IMG/VR virus record: IMGVR_UViG_3300023179_009503
Span: 1-64,000 of that record
Length of the DNA: 64,000 nt
Source of the DNA: a virus
Strand: one strand, 5' to 3'
The stretch's first letter is position 1, and every line of letters starts with the position of its first letter. Below, piece by piece: positions 48,236 through 58,297 of the stretch. The notes beneath the pieces are model-generated. The model was not told the DNA's origin and searched no databases. It worked only from the letters and a program-made list of their open reading frames with translations. A program made the translations under genes and the position numbers.

Positions 48236-50035
48236 ATGGCAGATCCAAATAGAGAGAGTTCATTCGGGAGAGAGTTAGTTAAGTTTATTTCCTCTAAACT
48301 ACCTTACCAGTCTATAGGCATTGAGGATCAAATAAACAAGCTCAATCCTAAGTATGAAGAATTTTTTAATAAGGGTACTAAAAGAGAAGAAGCTCTAGCA
48401 AGACAATCTGTTTCTTCTTCTCTTAGCTTTACTGATGATTTATACGCTAATGTAGTACAAAATAAAGACTACCATAACTTTATGTACGCAAATCTTCAGC
48501 CCGATAAGGGTAGAAGGTTGATGGATTATAGGGTTATGGCTGCTTTTGCAGAAGTAGCAGATGCGCTAGATGAAATTTGTGATGAATTTATTAACAAAGA
48601 TGATAATGGCGATATTGTTAAAGTACAATTTAAGTCCGCTACCCTTTCCGAAGATCAAAAAGAAAAATTAAAAAAAGAATTTCAAAAATATGTAGGTTTT
48701 TTTGATTTAGAGAATAAAGGGTGGGAGTATTTAAGACAGCTTTTAGTAGATGCTGAGCTTTATTGGGAACATATTATACACAAAAAATATCCCGAAGAAG
48801 GTATTCTAGGTGTAGTAACAGTACCCCCGGATGTTATAGACCCTATCTTTGAAAATGTTCAAAATCAAATAGTGAGAGGGTATTTACTTAGAAAAAATAT
48901 TTACGATGCAAAGAATCCCGGTAAAGTAGCTAAAGTAGAGCTGGTACCAATGGATGTAAACCAAATTACATATATTAATTCAGGTATATGGAATGAAACA
49001 AAAACAGTTAGATTACCGTTTATTGAAAATGCACGTAGAGCTTACAGACAGCTATCTTTAATTGAAGATGCAATAGTAATTTACAGGCTTGTAAGAGCTC
49101 CGGAACGACTCGTATTTAACGTAGATGTTGGTAATATGGCCCCGCCTAAAGCGGAAGCCTACCTTCGTAAGTTAATGCAAAACTATTGGTCGCGTAGAAC
49201 TTATGATGCAGATCAAGGCGCTTCTGTACAAAAATTTAATCCACAAAGTATGTTAGACAGCTTTTGGTTTGCAAAGCGTGCTGGTAGTACCGGAACTGAA
49301 GTCGTTCAACTCCCTGGAGGAGCGAATCTCGGTGAACTAACAGATTTAATGTATTTTGTACAGAAGCTTTATAAGTCTCTCAAGGTACCAGTTACTAGAT
49401 TAAATGTAGAGGATGTCTTTAAAGATGGTGTAGATATTTTGCGCGAAGAATTAAAATTTGCTAGATTTATAATTAGACAGCAACAACGATTTGCATCTGG
49501 ATTAAAGAATGGATTTATTACTCATCTTAAATTAAGAAAACTTTGGGAAGAATATAAATTAAGAGAAGTAGATATTGATCTGGTATTTAATGTTCCTACT
49601 AATTTCTACGAATTAAGAGAAAATCAAAAATTCCAGCTTAAAGCTGAAAACTTTAATAATATTACACAAAGTGATCTCGTGTCGAAGACATTTGCACAGA
49701 AAAAGTATCTTGGCTGGTCTGAGATTGATATTATGGCAAATAGAGAGTTTCTTAGAAAAGATAGAGAATTTTTATGGGAGTTAGATCAAATTTCTAATAG
49801 CGGTCCAAACTGGAGAGAACTAGGTGCTACTGCTCCTGGTAGTAGTGGCGCAGAAGAGCCCGGCGGCGGTGGGTTTGGTGGAGGCGCTGCAGCTGCAAGA
49901 ACGCCTCCAGAATTCGGACCTGGCCCGGCAGGTGCAGGCGGGGCTACAGAAGCGCCTGTTGCTGGCGGTGAACCTGCAGCCGGCGGTGCTGCTCCTGCGG
50001 CAGGAGGAGCTCCTAGTGCAGGCCCTACAGCTTAA
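48236..50035 (+). CDS. gp20: Portal vertex protein
   Basis: YRVMA; EDAIVIYRLVRAPERLVFNVDVGNM; LPGGANLG; LYKSLKVP; REELKF. Confidence 0.96.
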   Translation: MADPNRESSFGRELVKFISSKLPYQSIGIEDQINKLNPKYEEFFNKGTKREEALARQSVSSSLSFTDDLYANVVQNKDYHNFMYANLQPDKGRRLMDYRVMAAFAEVADALDEICDEFINKDDNGDIVKVQFKSATLSEDQKEKLKKEFQKYVGFFDLENKGWEYLRQLLVDAELYWEHIIHKKYPEEGILGVVTVPPDVIDPIFENVQNQIVRGYLLRKNIYDAKNPGKVAKVELVPMDVNQITYINSGIWNETKTVRLPFIENARRAYRQLSLIEDAIVIYRLVRAPERLVFNVDVGNMAPPKAEAYLRKLMQNYWSRRTYDADQGASVQKFNPQSMLDSFWFAKRAGSTGTEVVQLPGGANLGELTDLMYFVQKLYKSLKVPVTRLNVEDVFKDGVDILREELKFARFIIRQQQRFASGLKNGFITHLKLRKLWEEYKLREVDIDLVFNVPTNFYELRENQKFQLKAENFNNITQSDLVSKTFAQKKYLGWSEIDIMANREFLRKDREFLWELDQISNSGPNWRELGATAPGSSGAEEPGGGGFGGGAAAARTPPEFGPGPAGAGGATEAPVAGGEPAAGGAAPAAGGAPSAGPTA

Positions 50036-50058
50036 CATTCAATTAAATAAATATTGAT

Positions 50059-51135
50059 ATGGATTGCTCTGCTATTACTCCTATAACAGCGTTTCAAAGC
50101 ACTAATCTTAGTAGCAAAATAGATTCTTTCTCTAGATTAGGTGACAGAATTTCCCGTACATTAGGTGCGCCAATGATAAATTTAGAAATACATCATGATC
50201 AACTATTTGAAAATATTTCTATAGCTTGCGAAATGTTTGCAAAGTTTGCCGGGTATACAGAAGAATATCTTATATTTGATTCAGATCTTTATGAAAAAAA
50301 TAAAGGATTAAAACTGGATGAGTTATTTACTATTACACCTTATTTTAATAAGGTAATCGACCCTTCACCCACAGTTTATGCCGCCACTTCTTCTATTCCA
50401 TCTAGTTATTTCCTAACTTCACCTACTCTTTCTTCAACTTATAAAGATGGTATTTTTGAGAATCAAATACTAACACAGACAAATTATTTATCTGTAATTA
50501 ATTTTAATGGCGTACTAGGTGAATACTTTAAACCTTCTTCTAATTCACAAATTAAATTTGTTAATAGTTTTGATTATGATATTATGGACTACAGAAAAGT
50601 AGTTGATATAATAGATTTTGAAGAAGGATCATCTACTGGTGTTAATACCTTATTTACAATTGAGCAAACACTGGCGCAGCAAACATATTTTAGCTATGCA
50701 ATGGGTAATTACGGTTTTGATCTTGTTAGCTGGTATGTATTAAAAGACTGGCTTGAAACGCGTGAAAAGCTTTTAGCAATAAGAAGATATTTCACGTTTG
50801 ATGATAGAACTCAGTATCTTACTTTTTACCCACCACCTAAAACTCCAAGCTCAGGCTCTAGATTTTATGGTATAATAGGTGCATATGTTGAGAAAAGATT
50901 AAAAGATATTATTAAAGAACCTTGGGTCTATCAATATGCATTAGCATTAAGCAAGATAGCTGTTGGTAATGTAAGAGGTAAATATACCGGTACAACGATG
51001 TTCGGTGGTGGGCAAATAAATTATAACGATCTATTATCTCAGGGATTGAGGGAAAAAGAAGAATTAGAAAGAAAGCTTTACGAAAGCGCGCCTGGCTTTG
51101 GAGATGCTGCTCCACCTCAATTTTTTGTTGGATAA
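50059..51135 (+). CDS. gp13: Neck protein
   Basis: LGAPMINLE; WVYQYALAL; GKY; GGGQIN; FFVG C-terminus. Confidence 0.85.
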   Translation: MDCSAITPITAFQSTNLSSKIDSFSRLGDRISRTLGAPMINLEIHHDQLFENISIACEMFAKFAGYTEEYLIFDSDLYEKNKGLKLDELFTITPYFNKVIDPSPTVYAATSSIPSSYFLTSPTLSSTYKDGIFENQILTQTNYLSVINFNGVLGEYFKPSSNSQIKFVNSFDYDIMDYRKVVDIIDFEEGSSTGVNTLFTIEQTLAQQTYFSYAMGNYGFDLVSWYVLKDWLETREKLLAIRRYFTFDDRTQYLTFYPPPKTPSSGSRFYGIIGAYVEKRLKDIIKEPWVYQYALALSKIAVGNVRGKYTGTTMFGGGQINYNDLLSQGLREKEELERKLYESAPGFGDAAPPQFFVG

Positions 51136-51596
51136 TGATACCCTTAAATAAAAGCGATAAATTTAGACAGGGATTATTTCGTCCAAAAAATACGAGTAAA
51201 TACGTTGGCCGCACTCCACCAGTTTATAGATCAGGGTGGGAATTAAAATTTTTTAGATGGTGTGATGAGAATACTAATGTAGTTGAATGGGCAAGCGAGG
51301 CAGTAATAATACCTTATACAAATCCGCTAGATGGTAAAGTTCATAGATATTATACTGATGGTATAATTGCTATTAAAGAAAATGGTATATTAAACAAATA
51401 TATTATAGAAATTAAACCATCTACTCAAGTAGAAGCTCCAAAACCTGGCAAAAAAAAGCATAGTACTGTAATTTATGAAAATAAGAGATATATACAGAAT
51501 ATGGCTAAGTGGGAATCTGCTAAAAAGTGGTGTAACCAAAGAAATTATAAATTCTTAATATTAACAGAAAAAGAATTGGGACTTAATAAATATTAA
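51135..51596 (+). CDS. gp4: Head-completion nuclease-like protein
   Basis: PKN..KY.G; YRSGWE; WASE; HRYYTD; IEIKP; KW..A; LTEKEL. Confidence 0.9.
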   Translation: MIPLNKSDKFRQGLFRPKNTSKYVGRTPPVYRSGWELKFFRWCDENTNVVEWASEAVIIPYTNPLDGKVHRYYTDGIIAIKENGILNKYIIEIKPSTQVEAPKPGKKKHSTVIYENKRYIQNMAKWESAKKWCNQRNYKFLILTEKELGLNKY

Positions 51597-51597
51597 T

Positions 51598-52269
51598 ATG
51601 GCGCTTCGTCTACTAGTCGAAACACCTGCTTCTGAAGAGCAGTTTGAATATATTTTAGAGGAAAAAAACCCTAAAGAGCCCGCAAAACTCTATATTCAAG
51701 GTCCTTACATGGTTTGTAATGAAGTAAATAAGAACCAGCGTATTTACGAGCGTGATGATATGCGTCGTGAAGTTGAACGCTATATAAAAGAAATGGTTTC
51801 AACAAACAGAGCGATGGGCGAGCTTAATCATCCCACATCCGCAGAAGTTAATCTAGAGAGAGCCTGCCATCTTGTTACAAATTTAAAATTTGAAGGAAAC
51901 CAGGTAGTAGGAAGATCACAAGTACTTTCAACACCGATGGGTCAGATTGTACGTAATCTTATCAATGATGGTGTAAAGGTAGGAATGTCTAGCCGCGCAC
52001 TTGGAAAATTAAATGAAGAAACAAATGGTATTAATCGTGTAACAGATATGAGATTAATTGCTGTTGATTGTGTAGCTGATCCGTCATGCCCTAAAGCATT
52101 TGTAAATGGAATATTAGAAAGCAAGCAATTTATTTTAAATACTAAAGGTGAACTAGAAGAAGTTTATGATGCTTTCGAAAAATCTATTAATAATTTACCT
52201 CGAAAAGACGTACAAGCTTATTTAAAAGAGCAAATTTTGACGTTTTTTAAATTTTTAAGAACTACTTAA
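51598..52269 (+). CDS. gp21: Prohead protease
   Basis: NKNQRIY; GELNHP; TPMG; GMSSRALG; DCVADPS. Confidence 0.95.
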   Translation: MALRLLVETPASEEQFEYILEEKNPKEPAKLYIQGPYMVCNEVNKNQRIYERDDMRREVERYIKEMVSTNRAMGELNHPTSAEVNLERACHLVTNLKFEGNQVVGRSQVLSTPMGQIVRNLINDGVKVGMSSRALGKLNEETNGINRVTDMRLIAVDCVADPSCPKAFVNGILESKQFILNTKGELEEVYDAFEKSINNLPRKDVQAYLKEQILTFFKFLRTT

Positions 52270-52317
52270 TATATGAAAAGCCGTAGAAAAAATAGCAAAG
52301 GCAAAATAAATAATTCT

Positions 52318-52488
52318 ATGGCAAAGGCTAAGAAAGACTCAAGGATTGACGAAAATAATAATATTGTTAAATTTTTAAAGTCAATTTCTCAAAAAAATTA
52401 TTCTGAAGCTAATAAATATTTACAGAGCGTCATCGATTCGAAGATTAAATCTAAGATTGGTGGCTCTCTAAAAGAAAAATTATTTTAA
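52318..52488 (+). CDS. Small prohead core protein (gp67-like)
   Basis: TAAATA-N5-ATG at 52318; helical; lies between protease and scaffold. Confidence 0.55.
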   Translation: MAKAKKDSRIDENNNIVKFLKSISQKNYSEANKYLQSVIDSKIKSKIGGSLKEKLF

Positions 52489-52491
52489 TTT

Positions 52492-53376
52492 ATGGAAACA
52501 AACATTAGCAAAACTCTAAAAGAAGCGACTAAAGATATTCTCACAGAGGATGTTCTTAAGGAAATCGAAACTGCATTTGAAACATCAGTTAATGAAAAAG
52601 TTCAAATTCATGTTGAGAAAGCTCTCGCTGAACAAGATGCTGATTATTCCAAAAAATTAGAGACTTTAGTAGAAGCAATAGATACAGATCATACCAACAA
52701 GCTTAAGAAGGTTGTTGAAGCAATTGATGCTGATCGTGCTGCTAAGCTAAAGACGGTAGTAGAAAAATATGAAGCAGCATTGAATAAAGAAGCTTCTGAG
52801 TTCAAGAATAGCATTGTTGATGAAATAAGCAAATATCTTGATCTCTATATTGATGAAAAACTACCCTCAGCTTCAATTACTGAAGCTGTAAAGAATAAAA
52901 AGGCTATTTCTCTTTTAGAGAATTTACGCCAGGTTCTTGCTGTTGATATGGCACTCGCTAAGGATAATATCCGCGATGCTGTAGTTGATGGGAAGAATAA
53001 AATAGATGAAGCTGCTAGCCAGCTTGAAGCCGCTACAAAAGAAGTAGCTAGATTGTCAGAAGAGAATAAGAAGCTCTCCGCTAAAGTAATGCTTGAGGAA
53101 AGAGTTTCTAAGCTCGAAGAAGACAAAAAGACTTACATGAAGAAAATGCTTAATGGTAAGTCTGCAGAGTTTATTAAAGAGAACTTTGACTACACTTTGA
53201 AGCTGTTTGAAAAGACAGAAGAAGAGCGGCTGAAAGCATTAAAAACGGAAGCGGTTTCTGAAACTGTATCTGCACAAGTTGATAGACCAGTAATTGAAGA
53301 AGCTGTACAGCCCCAGGAAGTAAATGAAGCAGATCCAATGTTTAATACTTACATGGGCGAGCTTTCGAAGTATTAA
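52492..53376 (+). CDS. gp22: Prohead core scaffold protein
   Basis: Acidic coiled coil; KYLDLY; C-terminal MFNTY; directly upstream of gp23. Confidence 0.85.
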   Translation: METNISKTLKEATKDILTEDVLKEIETAFETSVNEKVQIHVEKALAEQDADYSKKLETLVEAIDTDHTNKLKKVVEAIDADRAAKLKTVVEKYEAALNKEASEFKNSIVDEISKYLDLYIDEKLPSASITEAVKNKKAISLLENLRQVLAVDMALAKDNIRDAVVDGKNKIDEAASQLEAATKEVARLSEENKKLSAKVMLEERVSKLEEDKKTYMKKMLNGKSAEFIKENFDYTLKLFEKTEEERLKALKTEAVSETVSAQVDRPVIEEAVQPQEVNEADPMFNTYMGELSKY

Positions 53377-53384
53377 TTTTGCTT

Positions 53385-53410
53385 TTGTTGAGGGTTTAAC
53401 CCCTGAATAG
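53385..53410 (+). promoter_or_regulatory. Hairpin in the gp22-gp23 intergenic leader
   Basis: TTGTT-G-AGGG / CCCT-G-AATAG stem. Confidence 0.4.
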
Positions 53411-53453
53411 TTTATAAAAGGTCGACATATTATATTGGAGAAATATAATTTAT

Positions 53454-54977
53454 ATGGCTAAACAAATTCGTCCTACACAGGCTTACATTGATGAGTCACG
53501 CGCTAAGGTACTTCTCGAGAAGTGGGGTCCAGTTCTGGATTACTCTTCCGATAACGTCCGCGCTATCGAAGACGATCACACACGCTTAAACACCGCTATC
53601 CTTTTGGAAAACCAAGAGAAGTGGTGCTTTGAGGCTAGCAACACAGTCGGTGGAAACACTGGCGTATTCGGCGGCGCTATTAATAATGGCGCTTACGGTA
53701 ACCAGTTCCCTTCACAGAATGATAATGCTTACGCCCCAGGCGATGCGCGTCTACCGAAGATCCTCATCCCGATGATTCGCCGTACGTTCCCTGAGTTGAT
53801 CACTAACGAAATCGTTGGTGTTCAGCCCATGAGCGGTCCAGTAGGTCTTGCTTTTGCCCTCCGTTATAAGTACGAACCCACCAGCTTAGGTTACAATCCC
53901 GATGGCAAGATCGACGCAAGCAACTCTACAACAAAGTATGCTAGCTCGTTCTTACAGTCATTGTCGACAAACCCTGAGCTAGGGTATCAGTTCCTCGCTT
54001 CCGGCTTTACCGGAACGCAGCAGCCACAATTGTCGGGTAATTCCGACTTCACAATGCTAACACAAGATCAGGGTGTTGCTCAGCTACTCGGCCAGTTCGA
54101 GTTGAATGCAAACATTCCTCAGGTCGTTGTAAGCTTTGAGAAGACAGCAGTCGAGGCCGGCACACGCCGTCTCGCCGCTCGCTGGTCAGTTGAGCTCGAG
54201 CAGGATCTTAAGAACATGAACGGTATCGATATCGATACTGAGCTCACAAACGCTATGTCGTATGAGCTACAGGCCGAAATCGACCGTGAAATGATCATTC
54301 GCATGATCCAGACAGCACTCAATGCTGGCTACGGCACAGGTTATTCAATCTGGTCGCCCGTATCAGCAGACGGTCGCTGGCTCGTTGAACGTAATCGTGA
54401 CTTCTATCAGAGACTAATCGTCGAAGCTAATCGTATTGCAGTACGTAATCGCCGTGGTTCTGCCAACTTCGTTGTTGCAACACCTCGCGTTTGCGCTATC
54501 CTAGAAATGCTCCCTGAATTCCAGTGGGTACCAGTACAGGGTAATGTTAATACACAGCCCGTCGGTGTTGCAAAAGTAGGTTCGCTGGGTGGCAGGTTCA
54601 ACGTTTACCGTGATACTCGTACAGAAGCTCAGGCTGAAGCTTATAATACTGGTGGCATCCCTCCTGGTAATTTCCAGGGTCAGGGCTGGCCAACAGCTTA
54701 TGGCACCCAGAACTTCTCGCGTCAAGTACGCCTCGAGTATGCACTCCTTGGTTACAAGGGCCCGGAATTCTACGACACTGGTATCATCTATTGTCCGTAC
54801 ATCCCGGTAATGGTTCAGAGAACGATTGGTCCTAATGATTTTGCTCCTCGCGTTGGCTTACTAACACGTTATGGTGTAGTAGACAACATCTTTGGTGCTA
54901 ATCTTTACTACCACGTCATTATTCTCAAGAACCTCGGTACTCCGTTTGTTCCTGGAACACAGTCGGTCTACTTCTAA
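53454..54977 (+). CDS. gp23: Major capsid protein
   Basis: LLEKW.PVL; LLENQ; VGVQPMSGP; ELEQDLK; EIDRE; YCPYIP; TRYG. Confidence 0.97.
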   Translation: MAKQIRPTQAYIDESRAKVLLEKWGPVLDYSSDNVRAIEDDHTRLNTAILLENQEKWCFEASNTVGGNTGVFGGAINNGAYGNQFPSQNDNAYAPGDARLPKILIPMIRRTFPELITNEIVGVQPMSGPVGLAFALRYKYEPTSLGYNPDGKIDASNSTTKYASSFLQSLSTNPELGYQFLASGFTGTQQPQLSGNSDFTMLTQDQGVAQLLGQFELNANIPQVVVSFEKTAVEAGTRRLAARWSVELEQDLKNMNGIDIDTELTNAMSYELQAEIDREMIIRMIQTALNAGYGTGYSIWSPVSADGRWLVERNRDFYQRLIVEANRIAVRNRRGSANFVVATPRVCAILEMLPEFQWVPVQGNVNTQPVGVAKVGSLGGRFNVYRDTRTEAQAEAYNTGGIPPGNFQGQGWPTAYGTQNFSRQVRLEYALLGYKGPEFYDTGIIYCPYIPVMVQRTIGPNDFAPRVGLLTRYGVVDNIFGANLYYHVIILKNLGTPFVPGTQSVYF

Positions 54978-55035
54978 GAAGTACATCGGTTTAGAAAAAG
55001 AAAGTAATTTTCACCTGGTAAGTCCCAGGAACTTT

Positions 55036-55065
55036 AAAAAAGGGCATCTTGCGGTGCCCTTTTTT
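55036..55065. terminator. Rho-independent terminator after gp23 (potentially bidirectional)
   Basis: AAAAAAGGGCATC-ttgc-GGTGCCCTTTTTT. Confidence 0.88.
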
Positions 55066-55109
55066 ATGTTTAAATTCAAAAAAAACACATAAAAAGAATA
55101 AATATTTGT

Positions 55110-55478
55110 ATGGCATTAACAATATTTTCTAATATAGTAGCTGACCCTGCAGCAACACTACCTACAGCTTTTAACCTAACAACATCAAATAACGGTGTTA
55201 CAGCTACAAGCTTAGGCAGCAATGCAAAAGCTATTTTGTTTAATGCAAAAACAACAACATCTACTTGGAATAATCTACAATTTTTAGTAGATGGTGTTAC
55301 AACCTCGTTTGCTGTTGCTAATGAATATAATGGTGAAACCTTTGCTTTATTACTTAATAGTGGCGATTCTTATACATATACAATCAATACTGCCTCGGTA
55401 TTACAGAAACTTTCTGCCTATAATGCTTATGATTCAATAAGCACTGAAAAAACAAGACTTTGGAACTTAAACGGTTAA
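55110..55478 (+). CDS. Late virion protein, possibly a capsid decoration
   Basis: TAAATA-N5-ATG; Thr/Asn/Ala-rich beta protein right after gp23. Confidence 0.55.
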   Translation: MALTIFSNIVADPAATLPTAFNLTTSNNGVTATSLGSNAKAILFNAKTTTSTWNNLQFLVDGVTTSFAVANEYNGETFALLLNSGDSYTYTINTASVLQKLSAYNAYDSISTEKTRLWNLNG

Positions 55479-55479
55479 T

Positions 55480-56394
55480 TTACTGCCTTACAGTCTTAGT
55501 AAAATACTTATATTCGTCTATTAGCGCTTTATCTAGAAGACTATAGTTACTAGCTCTTGTAGGGTTAATATCAATACCACCGCGCCTTACGTATAGACAG
55601 CTCACAACAAGCTCTTCAGGTTTAAACAGTCTAAATAAACGCATATAAATTGTTTCACAAATCTCCTCATGAAAATGACATTCATCTCTAAAAGAAACAA
55701 TATATTGTAAAAGAGATGTTTGATTAATCTCATACTTGCCTTTATAGTGAATATAAACATCGCCCCAATCAGGTTGAGAAGTAACTCTACAATTACTCTT
55801 TAATAAAGCAGAATGAAATCTTTGTACTTTAGCTTCAGGGATCTCTATTGCAGATAAAATAGAAGGATCCTCTACATATGATCTAGATTGTATCATAGTA
55901 ACATCAATATTATTTTCAAGTGTAGGATAATCTTTATTGCTAAATACCGGTGGATAATACAAATCGTCTGACACCGCAGCCGTAGATCTTACATATACTT
56001 TGACATCCGTCTCAAGTAAACTGGACAAATCCTTTGCAATAGTACTCTGTAATTCGTTTAATACTTGAATCATGTTACCTTTAAATACTTGCATATTAAA
56101 AGAATTCATGTATAGCTTAATAGACTTTGATTCTACAATATACTTGTTCTTAGCAGGATAAACTATTTTAGCAATTGCTGCAATAGGCATACCTTCCTGT
56201 GTTAAGCAAGAAACTTCATATGCATTCCAAATATCAAAACCACCGAAAGGTGCGTTTTCGTCTGTGATATCTAAATGCTTACGATTGTTGATTCTTGGCT
56301 CACGTACTAAAAGTGAAGGATCATAAGTCGACTTATACCCTGTTACTTTACCTAAATGCTTCGAAATGTTGCTATTGTCTAATACCTTGTTCAT
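55480..56394 (-). CDS. queF: NADPH-dependent preQ0 reductase (two-domain type)
   Basis: DIWNAYEVS; VESKSIKLY; LKSNCRVTSQPDWG; FHEEICE; YVRRGGIDINP. Confidence 0.95.
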   Translation of the reverse strand: MNKVLDNSNISKHLGKVTGYKSTYDPSLLVREPRINNRKHLDITDENAPFGGFDIWNAYEVSCLTQEGMPIAAIAKIVYPAKNKYIVESKSIKLYMNSFNMQVFKGNMIQVLNELQSTIAKDLSSLLETDVKVYVRSTAAVSDDLYYPPVFSNKDYPTLENNIDVTMIQSRSYVEDPSILSAIEIPEAKVQRFHSALLKSNCRVTSQPDWGDVYIHYKGKYEINQTSLLQYIVSFRDECHFHEEICETIYMRLFRLFKPEELVVSCLYVRRGGIDINPTRASNYSLLDKALIDEYKYFTKTVRQ

Positions 56395-56959
56395 ATAGTT
56401 TAATTTTAATCTGTTCTAAGCGTTCTTCAACTGTTCCTTTTAAAATAGTTACTCTATCTCTCCATGAAGGTTGATTCAAATAATGATCTTCGTATAAATC
56501 TATAATAGCATTCCTAAACTCAATATCAGTACTTCTCTCTCCGTCATCAACTAACTTAATTTCATGAGGATCAGGATAAAAAATAATATCATACTCATTA
56601 TAAAATCTGTACCAATAATGAACTGCTTGTTGCCATACTTGCTGAGTTACTAATTTCTTTTTAAAGAAATATTCTGTATAAACCAACCCGTCAAGCAGAC
56701 ATCTATCATGAACAACGCCTTTACACCAATCGCCCATACCCCTACATGTAAATAAATTCTTTAGTTCTTCGTTTATAATTAACAATTGAGTTATATCATT
56801 AGCACCTTCTTCATTAATAGGTATATTACATTCATCTCTTATTTTTCTTGTAACTTCATCAATATAAAAGAATTTATCAAAAATACCACCACTACTCTTC
56901 ATTAATTTAAGCAAAGTAGTCTTGCCCGAACATTGCGGCCCAGTAAACGTAATATTCAT
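56372..56959 (-). CDS. P-loop nucleotide-kinase-like protein (AAA_28)
   Basis: TGPQCSGKTT; DRCLLDGLVY; DDGERS; GTVEER. Confidence 0.8.
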   Translation of the reverse strand: MNITFTGPQCSGKTTLLKLMKSSGGIFDKFFYIDEVTRKIRDECNIPINEEGANDITQLLIINEELKNLFTCRGMGDWCKGVVHDRCLLDGLVYTEYFFKKKLVTQQVWQQAVHYWYRFYNEYDIIFYPDPHEIKLVDDGERSTDIEFRNAIIDLYEDHYLNQPSWRDRVTILKGTVEERLEQIKIKLYEQGIRQ

Positions 56960-56981
56960 TAAACTATTATATACTAAGAAC

Positions 56982-57329
56982 TTACTTACACCACTTTTTT
57001 CTTTTAACTATTTCTGCAATAATACAATAAACAGAAGTATCACTAAAAGCATCAAATATAGGCTCATTAGCTGACTCAAATGTCTTTTTACGTAGAACTA
57101 AATTAATTAGACGTTGTATTTTATCATTTAATCTTACCACTATAGCGGATATTGATGCAACAATATCTTCTTTTTTATGAAGATCTGAACCAAGACTTAT
57201 ATTATGCGGGCCGTAGTCAAATTGCTTTTTGCAAAATGTTTCATATTGCTCGCGTTGAATTTTTTTAAATTCTTCACAAGTCTCAGGATACGTGGCTTCA
57301 ACGCTCTTAATATAGTCTTCCGGATTCAC
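56982..57329 (-). CDS. Nucleotide-modification-associated domain 1 (Nmad1/DUF1599; all-alpha)
   Basis: KKQFDYG; RLNDKIQRL; E...DAFSD..VY. Confidence 0.75.
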   Translation of the reverse strand: MNPEDYIKSVEATYPETCEEFKKIQREQYETFCKKQFDYGPHNISLGSDLHKKEDIVASISAIVVRLNDKIQRLINLVLRKKTFESANEPIFDAFSDTSVYCIIAEIVKRKKWCK

Positions 57330-58297
57330 AATCTTACCCCGTAACCAACTTTACTTAAACTAAGAGTATTTAAATTGCAACCCCCCGCATAACTAATAGC
57401 GCTTTGCAAGTCCTGTGTAATTTCTAAAAGCTTTTCTTCGTAAGTAAAAGAATCGGTTTCCATAAGCTTCATTGTACCTTCAATGTTCTTTTTATCCATC
57501 TTATTGTGTATGCTAGCAGATCCGTAGTACTGTTTATATCGTCGTCCAGAAGCGTCTTTTACTACCGGTGCGGGGCTATCTGAACATGCAGCAAATATTG
57601 ACCCACACATAACTATCTTAGCTCCTGCAACTAAAGCTTTCGCTATATCACCATTACAGCGAACACCTCCATCCGCAATAATAGGTATATCAAAATTTGT
57701 TGCATCATTATTAGCACACTCCATAACACAACTAAACATTGGATAAGTAAATCCTGTTTTATCTTTTGTAGTACAAGCATAGCCGCCTCCTATACCAACC
57801 TTAACTGCATCAGCACCCGCCATAGCTAAATATTCTACCCCATTACGTGTTGCAACATTACCTGCAATTACTTTTGTGTTAGGCAAATTATCCTTAATTA
57901 TTTTAATTTGATCAGCGACTTTAGAGTGATGTCCGTGTGCGACATCTATAGTAATAAAATCCACTCTAAGCTTATGGTTACCTAAATTATTAATTAAAGC
58001 TTTATCTTTAAATTGTATTCCCACGCTAATTGAAACATTATTAAAACACGCCTCGTTTGCATCTCTGACAAATGCAAAAATATCATGATCAAACCTATGC
58101 ATAATGTAAAAATAATGCTTTGAATCTAACATTTGACAAGTATCAAAATCAACACAGCATTTCATATTCGCCGGTACCACTGGTAAGCGAAAGGTTTTAT
58201 CTAAAAAATTTACCTCCGTACTAATGTCTGCTCTTGTTCGAACAGAATTAAAGTTTGGCTTTAAAAAAACGTTTTCGTAATGTAAGGATATGTCCAT
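57326..58297 (-). CDS. guaC: GMP reductase
   Basis: VVPANM; YFYIMHRF; IDVAHGH; AGNV; KVGIGGGYACTT; IIADGG; YYGSAS; KKNIEG; no CBS domains. Confidence 0.85.
   Translation of the reverse strand: MDISLHYENVFLKPNFNSVRTRADISTEVNFLDKTFRLPVVPANMKCCVDFDTCQMLDSKHYFYIMHRFDHDIFAFVRDANEACFNNVSISVGIQFKDKALINNLGNHKLRVDFITIDVAHGHHSKVADQIKIIKDNLPNTKVIAGNVATRNGVEYLAMAGADAVKVGIGGGYACTTKDKTGFTYPMFSCVMECANNDATNFDIPIIADGGVRCNGDIAKALVAGAKIVMCGSIFAACSDSPAPVVKDASGRRYKQYYGSASIHNKMDKKNIEGTMKLMETDSFTYEEKLLEITQDLQSAISYAGGCNLNTLSLSKVGYGVRL

Noticed and set aside
49820-50035. GC-rich island suggesting foreign DNA
   Set aside because: Explained by the in-frame Gly/Ala/Pro tail of the portal protein
25794-53759. gp23-like repeat as a DGR template/variable pair or a recent duplication
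   Set aside because: Differences are mostly synonymous third-position changes, not adenine-specific, and no reverse transcriptase is in the window
57326-58297. IMP dehydrogenase (guaB) call
   Set aside because: Short, no CBS domains, and the YFYIMHRF and YYGSAS...KKNIEG motifs fit GMP reductase better
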